A DNA stretch of 64,000 nucleotides from Bacteroidota bacterium. GTDB taxonomy: Bacteria; Bacteroidota; Bacteroidia; Palsa-948. The notes beneath the pieces are model-generated. The model was given only the letters and a program-made list of their open reading frames with translations, searched no databases and was not told the origin of the DNA. Of the stretch, positions 54,030 to 62,756 are shown piece by piece. The stretch covers positions 46,129-110,128 of the forward strand of contig JACQAL010000057.1 of NCBI GenBank assembly GCA_016195025.1, in the 5' to 3' direction. The stretch's first letter is position 1. Every line of letters starts with the position of its first letter. The position numbers and the translations under genes were made by a program.

Positions 54030-55334
54030 TTACTTCCTTACAATTTCCGCGCCAATCTTATTGAGGCGCATGTCAATATTTTGATACCCTCTGTCAATCT
54101 GCTCAATATTATGAATTTTACTTTTCCCTTCAGCGCTCATGGCGGCAATTAATAATGCAACACCCGCTCTTATATCAGGAGAACTCATTTCAATTCCGCG
54201 AAGTGAATATTGGCGATTAATTCCAATCACGGTTGCGCGGTGCGGGTCGCATAAAATTATTTGCGCGCCCATGTCAATTAATTTATCTACAAAAAATAAT
54301 CTGCTCTCAAACATTTTCTGGTGAATCAAAACTGTTCCCTTCGCCTGAGTTGCGGTAACTAAAATCACGCTGAGCAAATCGGGAGTTAAGCCGGGCCAGA
54401 TTGCATCTGCGATTGTGAGAATAGAACCGTCAATGTAAGTTTCTATCTCATAATTTTTTTGCGAAGGAATAAAAATATCATCGCCTTTCAATTCCATTTG
54501 TATTCCAAGTCGTTTGAATGTATCGGGAATAATTCCGAGATGTTCGTAACCGACATTTTTAATGGTGATTTCACTCTGCGTCATTGCTGCAAGCCCTATG
54601 AAACTTCCCACTTCAATCATATCGGGAAGCAAGCGGTGCGTGCAGCCGCCCAACTTCTCCACTCCTTCAATCGTAAGAAGATTCGAACCGATGCCGGAAA
54701 TTTTTGCGCCCATGCTCATCAGCATTTTACAAAGTTGCTGAATGTATGGCTCACAGGCAGCATGATAAATAATTGTTTTTCCTTTCGCGAGAGCTGCTGC
54801 TAAAATAATATTTGCAGTTCCGGTGACGGATGCTTCATCGAGCAGCATATAAGTTCCTTTCAACTGACTCGCATCTACTTTGAAAAAATTTGTCTTCTCA
54901 TCGTAATCGAATCTCGCTCCGAGTTTTTGAAAGCCGATGAAGTGTGTGTCTAATCTTCTTCTTCCGATTTTATCTCCGCCAGGTTTCGGAATGTATCCTT
55001 TTCCGAACCGCGCGAGCAGCGGGCCTAAAATCATAATTGAACCGCGCAGCGCTGTGGCTTTCTTTTTGTATTCGTCCGAGAGAAGGTAATCTACGTTTAC
55101 ATTATCCGCTTTGAACTCGTACGTGTCTTCACTTTTCTTTTCAACTTTTACTCCGAGAGATTTTAATAAATCAATTAATTTATTTACATCAACAATGTTC
55201 GGAATATTTGAGATGGTAATTTTCTCAGGAGTAAGAAGAACAGCGCAGAGAATTTGCAGCGCTTCATTCTTCGCGCCTTGCGGAGTGATTTCTCCTTTTA
55301 ATTTTTTTCCTCCGGTAACTTCGAAACTTGACAT
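54030..55334 (-). CDS. murA: UDP-N-acetylglucosamine 1-carboxyvinyltransferase
   Basis: 434 aa with FEVTGGKKLKGEI, GGDKIGRRRLDTH, and C-terminal IDRGY....KL..LGA. Confidence 0.95.
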   Translation of the reverse strand: MSSFEVTGGKKLKGEITPQGAKNEALQILCAVLLTPEKITISNIPNIVDVNKLIDLLKSLGVKVEKKSEDTYEFKADNVNVDYLLSDEYKKKATALRGSIMILGPLLARFGKGYIPKPGGDKIGRRRLDTHFIGFQKLGARFDYDEKTNFFKVDASQLKGTYMLLDEASVTGTANIILAAALAKGKTIIYHAACEPYIQQLCKMLMSMGAKISGIGSNLLTIEGVEKLGGCTHRLLPDMIEVGSFIGLAAMTQSEITIKNVGYEHLGIIPDTFKRLGIQMELKGDDIFIPSQKNYEIETYIDGSILTIADAIWPGLTPDLLSVILVTATQAKGTVLIHQKMFESRLFFVDKLIDMGAQIILCDPHRATVIGINRQYSLRGIEMSSPDIRAGVALLIAAMSAEGKSKIHNIEQIDRGYQNIDMRLNKIGAEIVRK

Positions 55335-55430
55335 CTGCTAAATACTAATTTGTACCAATGTACTAATTACGAATTTTTACGAATGAGTGTTTTCCATCTG
55401 CCATCTGCCATTTTACATCTTACATAAAAT

Positions 55431-56165
55431 TTATCTTCCTCTGCGATGACGGTTATTATGTCTTCTTCCTCTGTCGCGGTCTCTTCCCCTTTCATTTCTT
55501 CCGCTTCCGCTGCGTTCTTCTCTTCCCCTGCTATCATCGCGCTTTCCGGCTTTGGCAAGAATTTCGTGCGTGCCTGTCATTTGAAAATCATCCGGCACTT
55601 TTAATTTTCCCTTTGAAAGCAATTCGAGTTCCTGCAGAATCACTGCATCGTTCACTGTGTTTCGGTTCCAGATTAAATAATTTTTCTTCATGAGATTTGC
55701 AAGTGCCTCGATGAACGCAGTTTTTTCTTCTCCCGCTTTCATTGCAGATGCTTTTTCAATCAGCCGCTCAACTCCTTTTCCATAATGTTTGAAACGAATA
55801 TTTCCCGAAGGATAATCTACTTTCTCCGGCTTTGCTGTAAGAATTTCTTTGGGTGGCTTCGGATAAGGAGCATCCACATCGAGTTTGAAATTCGAAATGA
55901 TGAAAAGATGGTCCCAGAGTTTATGGCGGAAGTCGGTCAAATCGCGAAGTGTGGGATTCAAACGTCCCATGATTGCAATTATTGAGTTGGCAACATTATT
56001 TCTTTCTTCCTTGTTTTTTATTGTGCAGGCGTACTCGACCAGCTTCTGAATATTGCGCCCGTATTCAGGAATGATGAGATGCTCCAGCTGCGTGTTGTAC
56101 TCCATGTCGTGCGGCTTTGCGGGCTCGCGGTCTTTTTCTTTTTCTTTCGAAGTTGGTCGTGCCAT
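55431..56165 (-). CDS. DUF4290 domain protein with Arg/Gly/Asp-rich C-terminal tail
   Basis: EYNTQLEHLIIPEYGRNIQKLVEY matches the DUF4290 pattern. It sits in the conserved position upstream of murA. The tail reads RDDSRGREERSGSGRNERGRDRDRGRRHNNRHRRGR. Confidence 0.7.
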   Translation of the reverse strand: MARPTSKEKEKDREPAKPHDMEYNTQLEHLIIPEYGRNIQKLVEYACTIKNKEERNNVANSIIAIMGRLNPTLRDLTDFRHKLWDHLFIISNFKLDVDAPYPKPPKEILTAKPEKVDYPSGNIRFKHYGKGVERLIEKASAMKAGEEKTAFIEALANLMKKNYLIWNRNTVNDAVILQELELLSKGKLKVPDDFQMTGTHEILAKAGKRDDSRGREERSGSGRNERGRDRDRGRRHNNRHRRGR

Positions 56166-56223
56166 GATGTTGGATTAAATTAGGTTCAAAAGTAGGGAAA
56201 TATTTCGAGGAGCGAAGAATGAA

Positions 56224-58674
56224 TTACTTCACAATCTGCAGGCGTGCGAACTTGAGCAGTAATTGTTTTTGTCCGGCTTCTTCAAATTCAACGGTGGCTT
56301 TTGAATTTGGAAAACTTCCTTCCATGTTCACCACTTTTCCATTTCCGAAACGCTCGTGAGAAACCGTCATTCCTATTTGCAAATCTTTTAAATGTTCCTG
56401 CGAAGCGGTGGCGGGTTTGTATTTTGCTACTTGAGCATTTACTAATTTCGGTTTAGGATTTAGGTATTGGGAATTAGGATTTTGTTTTGGCTTTTCATGG
56501 GATTTGGAATTTGGAACTTGGGACCTGAAACTTTGTTTGAACACCGGTTCTTCATAAATTGTATCCGCCCCGTTATCTTTACGATTCCATTTTTCTCTTT
56601 CTTCGTTAAAAATATCTTCCCTGCTGTGCGAATGAGAAAACTCCAGATACTTCGGATCAATTTCCTCTATGAAGCGGCTGTGTTCTGTGTTGTAAACAGA
56701 ACCTCTGCTGAAACGTGTAGCTGCAAAAGTGAGCATTGCTTTTTTCTGCGCGCGCGTGAGCGCAACGTAAAATAATCTTCGCTCTTCTTCCATATCCTCA
56801 CGGGAATTTACATTAAACGAATTCGGAAAAAGATTTTCTTCTAACCCAACAATGAACACATGCGCAAATTCCAAACCTTTCGCTTGGTGAATCGTCATCA
56901 ATGAAACATGGTCTCGGTTTTCGGGTTCTGTTTTTTTATCGGAGTCGGTGAGCAATGCAATGTCGGACATGAATTTGTCCAATGTCAGTGGTTTGTTGTC
57001 AGTTGTTAATGGTTTTTCTACAACTGGCGACTGACTACTAACCACTGGCTCTTGCAATTCAGGAATATCAATCGCTCTGTATTCATTTTCACCAGTAGAA
57101 AATTCCTTTAATGCTCCCAATAATTCCTCAATATTTTCATAGCGCGAAACGCCTTCGGGAGATTTATCGTTGTAAAGTTCTTTCAGAATTCTTGTTGAAG
57201 TGGCAATATGATTTCCTAAATCATAGGCGTTCGTAATCGGAAGCATCGCAGAAAAACTTTTTATCATCGTCACGAAGTCCTGGATTTTTTCGCGCGTGCC
57301 CGAATTTAATTCCAGCGGAAAATCTTTCAGGTTGTCCATCACGGTGAACAAACTTATGTTGTGGTCGTTCGCGGCAACAATAATTTTATCTATGGTTGTG
57401 TTTCCGATTCCGCGCGTAGGATAATTAATCACGCGCTTCATCGCTTCCTCATCGTGATTATTTATTGTGAGCCGGAAATATGCGATCAGATCTTTTATTT
57501 CTTTCCGCTGGTAAAATGAAAGCCCGCCATAAATTCTATAGGGAATATTTTTTTTCCGCAGCGCTTCCTCCATTGCGCGCGACTGCGCATTTGTTCTGTA
57601 TAAAATCGCAAACTCTTTCGGGTGCATCTGATGTTGCATCATGTTTTCGAAAATCATCTGCGCCACTTTCATTCCTTCATCGTTATCGGTAAGCGCACGG
57701 ATGACTTTTATTTTATCGCCTTCTTCTTTATCCGTCCACACCGTTTTTTGAATCTGGTCTTTGTTTTTCGCAATGACCGTGTTTGCCGCGTTTACAATAT
57801 TTTTTGTGGAGCGGTGATTTTGTTCGAGCTTGAACGTTTTTGTATCGGGATAATCCGTTTTGAAGTTGAGAATGTTCTGAATGTTCGCTCCGCGGAAAGC
57901 GTAAATGCTCTGCGCATCATCGCCCACCACGCAAATATTTTCAAAGCGTGCTGCGAGTTGCTTGATGATTACATACTGCACAAAATTTGTATCCTGGTAC
58001 TCGTCCACCAAAATATATTTGAATTTGTTCTGGTATTTGTACAACACATCCGGAAAATCCCGCAGAAGAATGCTGGTGTTGCAAAGTATGTCATCAAAAT
58101 CCATCGCGCCCGCCTTGAAGCAGCGCTTGCAGTAGGTTTCAAAAATATTTCCAAACTCCGGGCGACCCGACATTCTATCGTGCTCGGTGTATGTAGAATT
58201 ATGCTGATACGCTTCGAACGAAAGCAAATTTGTCTTCATCTGAGAAATCCGCGCGAGCATGCCCGAGGGCTTGTATACTTTATCATCCAGATTATTCTGC
58301 TTGAGAATATCTTTGATGAGATTTTTTGAATCGTCCGTATCGTAAATTGTAAAGTTGTTCGGGTAATTTAATTTCTCGTGCTCATAGCGGAGAATGCGCG
58401 CGAACACCGAGTGAAAAGTTCCCATCCATAAATTGCGTGCCTCGCCATCGCCCACAAGATTTGTAATTTTTTCTTTCATCGAGCGCGCGGCTTTGTTGGT
58501 GAATGTGAGCGCGAGAATATTGAACGCATCCACATCTTTTTGCAGAAGATGAGCAATGCGATAGGTGAGAACACGGGTTTTCCCGGAGCCCGCGCCTGCT
58601 ACAATCATTACCGGACCATCGGTGCATTGCACAGCGTCACGTTGGGAATCGTTTAGTTCATTCAGGTAACTCAT
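56224..58674 (-). CDS. uvrD: ATP-dependent DNA helicase, UvrD/PcrA family
   Basis: Walker A GAGSGKTRVL, DEYQDTN, and the C-terminal helicase motifs. The 816-aa length includes low-complexity insertions. Confidence 0.9.
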   Translation of the reverse strand: MSYLNELNDSQRDAVQCTDGPVMIVAGAGSGKTRVLTYRIAHLLQKDVDAFNILALTFTNKAARSMKEKITNLVGDGEARNLWMGTFHSVFARILRYEHEKLNYPNNFTIYDTDDSKNLIKDILKQNNLDDKVYKPSGMLARISQMKTNLLSFEAYQHNSTYTEHDRMSGRPEFGNIFETYCKRCFKAGAMDFDDILCNTSILLRDFPDVLYKYQNKFKYILVDEYQDTNFVQYVIIKQLAARFENICVVGDDAQSIYAFRGANIQNILNFKTDYPDTKTFKLEQNHRSTKNIVNAANTVIAKNKDQIQKTVWTDKEEGDKIKVIRALTDNDEGMKVAQMIFENMMQHQMHPKEFAILYRTNAQSRAMEEALRKKNIPYRIYGGLSFYQRKEIKDLIAYFRLTINNHDEEAMKRVINYPTRGIGNTTIDKIIVAANDHNISLFTVMDNLKDFPLELNSGTREKIQDFVTMIKSFSAMLPITNAYDLGNHIATSTRILKELYNDKSPEGVSRYENIEELLGALKEFSTGENEYRAIDIPELQEPVVSSQSPVVEKPLTTDNKPLTLDKFMSDIALLTDSDKKTEPENRDHVSLMTIHQAKGLEFAHVFIVGLEENLFPNSFNVNSREDMEEERRLFYVALTRAQKKAMLTFAATRFSRGSVYNTEHSRFIEEIDPKYLEFSHSHSREDIFNEEREKWNRKDNGADTIYEEPVFKQSFRSQVPNSKSHEKPKQNPNSQYLNPKPKLVNAQVAKYKPATASQEHLKDLQIGMTVSHERFGNGKVVNMEGSFPNSKATVEFEEAGQKQLLLKFARLQIVK
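56986..57047. repeat. imperfect hairpin (cagtgg / ccactg words) embedded in frame in uvrD
   Basis: The ends cagtgg (56986-56991) and ccactg (57042-57047) pair, as do the inner cagttgt (57000-57006) and acaactg (57020-57026). It is translated as PVVSSQSPVVEKPLTTDNKPL. Confidence 0.6.
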
Positions 58675-58682
58675 ATCTTATC

Positions 58683-58764
58683 TACTAATTTACTAATCAT
58701 TACTAATGTACCAATAACTGCCGTTCTTTCAATTAGTATATTAGTACAGATTGGTACATTAGTA
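58683..58764. repeat. word hairpin (tactaat / gtaccaat) in the uvrD divergent promoter region
   Basis: tactaatgtaccaat (58701-58715) is the exact reverse complement of 58750-58764. A second pair of arms (58683-58697 and 58732-46) uses related words. Confidence 0.7.
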
Positions 58765-58864
58765 GGTCAACGAAGATAACTCAATTTAACAGAGAAAAGT
58801 ATCCTGTTGAAAAAATTGTGGGGATGAAACGGATTGACTACTTTTTGTTTCTAATCTTAATCAA

Positions 58865-59749
58865 ATGAAAAAGTTTTTATTTATTACTCTCATTGCATTT
58901 GGAATAAATGCAAAGGCGCAGATTAATTATGAAACAAGTTATCCTATGAGCAACTATAGTGATTATTTACATTTCGTGAGATTAGAATCGTCAGGAGATA
59001 AATACTGTAAATGGAGTATTGCTAATAATGCAGCAAATAATAAATTGACGTTGTATAATCTGAACCATTCAGTTTTCAGACAAATATCGATTCCTCTTCA
59101 AGTAGATACGTTTAATTATCAAATTTGGTATTTAGCAGAAATGTTATTTGATAATGACAGTACAGATATAGATTATTTAATTACAAATGGTATGTTTTCC
59201 TCTGCTTTTGCACCATATGTGAAAATATATAATGAGAATAGTTCTTTGCTTTTTTTTGAAGATTCAGCATCTGTAAATTGGGGAACAGGAAGCCCGGGAG
59301 GATTCGATTATAGGGGGCCAATTTTTAATACAGATAGTGGAACAAAAATGATACTTACAAAATACAACAATCTTGCCCCAATAACTCCTAGCCAATCAAA
59401 AGTTTATAATTTACCCTCAAAATTAAACTGTGGTTGTTCTATTGGTAATGGAAATATTGCAACTGGAAATCCCAGCATAATTTCTAACCCAAATCGATTT
59501 CTTTCCAACCCCTACCCCAACCCCGCCATCAACTCCACCCGCATTGATTATACTTTTCCCAGCGGAGTAAATGAAGGCGAAATTGTTTTTTATACTCTGC
59601 AGGGCAAAGAAATAAAACGATTCAAAGTGGATAAAACTTTTGATCATCTTTTAATTTCTACTGCTGATATTCCCGCAGGAACTTATTTTTACCAACTGCA
59701 AACAAACTCGCAGGCAAGCGAGGGGAAGAAACTCGTAGTTATTCGTTAG
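58865..59749 (+). CDS. T9SS type A sorted secreted protein
   Basis: Signal peptide and a C-terminal NPYPNPAINSTRIDY...GTYFYQLQT....GKKLVVIR sorting domain. Confidence 0.7.
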   Translation: MKKFLFITLIAFGINAKAQINYETSYPMSNYSDYLHFVRLESSGDKYCKWSIANNAANNKLTLYNLNHSVFRQISIPLQVDTFNYQIWYLAEMLFDNDSTDIDYLITNGMFSSAFAPYVKIYNENSSLLFFEDSASVNWGTGSPGGFDYRGPIFNTDSGTKMILTKYNNLAPITPSQSKVYNLPSKLNCGCSIGNGNIATGNPSIISNPNRFLSNPYPNPAINSTRIDYTFPSGVNEGEIVFYTLQGKEIKRFKVDKTFDHLLISTADIPAGTYFYQLQTNSQASEGKKLVVIR

Positions 59750-59776
59750 CGTTTAATGCACGCCCGGCTGAAGGTT

Positions 59777-61060
59777 TCAGAAAATCCTGCATGTGAGCAG
59801 CGCAATATCGTCCACGTATTCTTTCGCGCCTTTGTAATCGCTCACGCTCTGAATAATTTTTTTGTTAATCTCTTTTATTTTGGAAGTGTGCCCGTGCTTT
59901 TCTAAAATTTCTTTCACGCGCTTCACGCCAAACTCTTCTTCGTTTTCATTTTCCTGCTCCACCACTCCATCGGTATAGCAAAAAAGCACTGTGCCCGGCT
60001 CAATGTTCATCACTCCTTCTTTTACTTTTTTCAAATCCTCTAACATTCCCAAGCCGGTGGTTCCTATTTTCAGCGAAGCAATGGAGCCGCCTTTGTCGAG
60101 CAGCAGCGGAGGATTATGTCCCGCATTCACGTAGGTGAAATTTTTTGTAACGAGATTATATTTTGCAATAAAGAGCGTGATGAAGCGCTCACCCTGCGCA
60201 ATTTCGTTTACTTTATAATTTAATTCGCGCACAAGGTCGGCAAGCGAACTGGTGCGGTGAAGAAGAATGCGGAGGTTCGCCTGAAAATTACTCATGAGCA
60301 GCGCGGCAGAAACTCCTTTACCCGACACATCGGCAATGCAAAACGCCACTTCCTGCTCGTTGATGCGGACAAAATCATAATAGTCACCGCCAATTTCCTG
60401 GTGCGCAATGTAGACCGCATCCATTTCCAGTTGCGCATCGTTCGGAAGTTCGCGCGGAAAAAGCATGTGCTGCATCTGCGAAGCGACTTCCAGTTCTTTT
60501 TTAATTGCCGCCTGCTTCATGCTGTCTTTCGCGAGACGTTTGTTTTCAATAGCAACCACCAAAATATTGGTAAGCGTTTGAATGAAGTTCAGTTCTTTCA
60601 CGCTCGCGCTCATTCCCAATTGTTCTTCGTCAATATCGCCCACCAGCGCGTAAGCAAGCGGAAGGTCTTTATGAAAAACCGGAATCACCACTTCCACGTT
60701 GTGCTGCTTGAGCGCTTTTGCAATGGGAACGAGTTCGCCTGTGCCGGGAGCAAAATCCATGAGCGTAATATCTTTTAGCGGAAGAAGAAATTTTTCCACT
60801 TCTTTCGGTGAGAAGGATGCTTCCATTCCGAATTTGAGAACGGCTTTCCATTCTCCATCGAAGGCATATAAAACCAATTTGCCAACGTTGAGCTGGTTCC
60901 TCAGCACCGATTCGTAAATCTTAAGAAGTTCGCGGGTTTTGGTGTTTGAATTAATGGCTTTGGTCACCTCGAGCAGCGAAGCAAGTTTCACCTCCAGCAA
61001 TTTGGATTTCGATATTGACTTTGTAGTGACTTCAGGCATTTTCTTTACAGGGTTTTTCAA
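59777..61060 (-). CDS. GAF-domain SpoIIE/PP2C-family serine phosphatase
   Basis: The C-terminal half has GGDYYDF, DVSGKGVSAALLMS, and YTDGVVE. Confidence 0.8.
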   Translation of the reverse strand: MKNPVKKMPEVTTKSISKSKLLEVKLASLLEVTKAINSNTKTRELLKIYESVLRNQLNVGKLVLYAFDGEWKAVLKFGMEASFSPKEVEKFLLPLKDITLMDFAPGTGELVPIAKALKQHNVEVVIPVFHKDLPLAYALVGDIDEEQLGMSASVKELNFIQTLTNILVVAIENKRLAKDSMKQAAIKKELEVASQMQHMLFPRELPNDAQLEMDAVYIAHQEIGGDYYDFVRINEQEVAFCIADVSGKGVSAALLMSNFQANLRILLHRTSSLADLVRELNYKVNEIAQGERFITLFIAKYNLVTKNFTYVNAGHNPPLLLDKGGSIASLKIGTTGLGMLEDLKKVKEGVMNIEPGTVLFCYTDGVVEQENENEEEFGVKRVKEILEKHGHTSKIKEINKKIIQSVSDYKGAKEYVDDIALLTCRIF

Positions 61061-61174
61061 AATTCTTTTCTAAAGTTTTGTAAATATACAATAAGTATTT
61101 TGAAGAATAAAATTAAATTGATTTATAAGTAAGACGTCAAAAGAAAGTAAATGGTTGCTTGGTACAAAAAATAT

Positions 61175-62104
61175 TTACGAAAGTTTTATAACTATTTCAG
61201 GAAGTTTTCTCATAGCGGCAAGTTCGCGGAACTTTTTCATGGATTCATCGGCAGGACTGCCGAGATAGGTTTTTCCGCCTTCCAGATTTTTTGCCGGTGC
61301 CGATTGCCCGAGCAGCACTGCACCTTTCCCGATTTTTATTTTTGATGGAACGCCCACCTGCCCCCATAACACAACATCATCTTCAATTATGCACGCACCC
61401 GAAATTCCCACCTGCGAAGCGAACAAACAATTCTTCCCCACTTTTGTATCGTGCCCCACTTGCACGTGATTGTCAATTTTTGTTCCGCGCCCGATAATTG
61501 TTTCTCCGGTCACACCACGGTCAATGCTTGAGAGAGCGCCAATCTCCACGTTGTCTTCAATAATTACCTTTCCGCAGGAGAAAAGTTTATCGTGCCCGGT
61601 TGCGCGCTTCTTGTAATAAAAAGCATCGGCTCCAATCACAACGCCCGAATGAAGAATCACATTGCTGCCGATGATGCAATTATCATAAATGGTTACGTTG
61701 GGATGAATGGTGCAGTTATCGCCTATGCGAACATTATCTCCTATGAAACAATTCGGCATGATGCGCGTGTTTTTACCGATGACGGCAGAATCGCTGATGG
61801 GTTTCTGCGAAAACGAGCGCGAGGAAAACTGCGCGGTAATTCTGTTGAAGGCGGAGAAAGGGTCATCACAAACAAGCAGCGCTTTTCCTTCGGGGCAATC
61901 CACTTTCTTATTGATGATGACAACCGCTGCTTTTGATTCGAGCGCCTTGCCGTAATATTTCGGATGGTCAACAAAAACAATATCGCCTTCTTCCACCACA
62001 TTGATTTCGTTTATTCCTTCCACAATTATTTTTTCATTGCCGGTTATTTCAGCGCTGATGAGAGAAGCAATGTCTTTTAATTTCTGTGGTGATGAAAATT
62101 TCAT
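61175..62104 (-). CDS. lpxD: UDP-3-O-acylglucosamine N-acyltransferase
   Basis: N-terminal LKDIASLI...G domain followed by a left-handed beta-helix of hexapeptide repeats. Confidence 0.9.
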   Translation of the reverse strand: MKFSSPQKLKDIASLISAEITGNEKIIVEGINEINVVEEGDIVFVDHPKYYGKALESKAAVVIINKKVDCPEGKALLVCDDPFSAFNRITAQFSSRSFSQKPISDSAVIGKNTRIMPNCFIGDNVRIGDNCTIHPNVTIYDNCIIGSNVILHSGVVIGADAFYYKKRATGHDKLFSCGKVIIEDNVEIGALSSIDRGVTGETIIGRGTKIDNHVQVGHDTKVGKNCLFASQVGISGACIIEDDVVLWGQVGVPSKIKIGKGAVLLGQSAPAKNLEGGKTYLGSPADESMKKFRELAAMRKLPEIVIKLS

Positions 62105-62144
62105 AGGTACGGATAACTAAACATTACGAAATTACGAATTACAA

Positions 62145-62756
62145 TTACTTATTTTCTTTTTCATCTTGCAGAGATATTGTGCCCTTAATGTTTTTGATTT
62201 TATATTTTGTGAAATCGCGGTTCGATTCAAGTCCGTCACCGTACATCACTTCGTCTTTGGTAGTTATTTTCACAAACGCATCGGTGTAAATTTTATCTTT
62301 CCCTTCTTCCCAGATTAAATCTTCGGTGTTTAATTTTTCATCTTTAATATTCACTACTTCCACATTTCGCTTCACTTCCATTTTTTCTTCCTTCTCCCAG
62401 CGGATTCCGTAATCGGCTTTTAGTTTTGAATTTACTTTCATGGAGTCGTCATAAAAAAGAACATTCACTCCTTTGGGAAATTCAACATATGGTTTTTCTT
62501 TGTTGAAGCGGTCGAGTTGCGGACCGGAAAGTTTCATTTTCACTTTTCCGGAATCGCTGTACATAATTTCAACATCCTTCATTGTTTCCAAAGGAGCATT
62601 TTTGTCTATGGTAACCTGGTTGATGGTTTGAATATCGGTGCGGCAGGAAAGAAGAAGCCCCAACCCTAAAGGGAGAAATAAAAAAATAATTACACTTCTG
62701 GGATTAAATAAAAAATTGCTTTTACTCCCTTTAGGGAAGGGGTATATTCTAATCAT
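62145..62756 (-). CDS. lptC: LPS export periplasmic protein LptC-like lipoprotein
   Basis: Lipobox LLLSC, about 200 aa of beta-jellyroll-like sequence, and a position next to lpxD. Confidence 0.6.
   Translation of the reverse strand: MIRIYPFPKGSKSNFLFNPRSVIIFLFLPLGLGLLLSCRTDIQTINQVTIDKNAPLETMKDVEIMYSDSGKVKMKLSGPQLDRFNKEKPYVEFPKGVNVLFYDDSMKVNSKLKADYGIRWEKEEKMEVKRNVEVVNIKDEKLNTEDLIWEEGKDKIYTDAFVKITTKDEVMYGDGLESNRDFTKYKIKNIKGTISLQDEKENK

Noticed and set aside
55367-55558. 63-aa ORF overlapping the end of the DUF4290 gene.
   Set aside because: It is an out-of-frame reading of the low-complexity region that encodes the RG-rich tail, and it lacks independent support.
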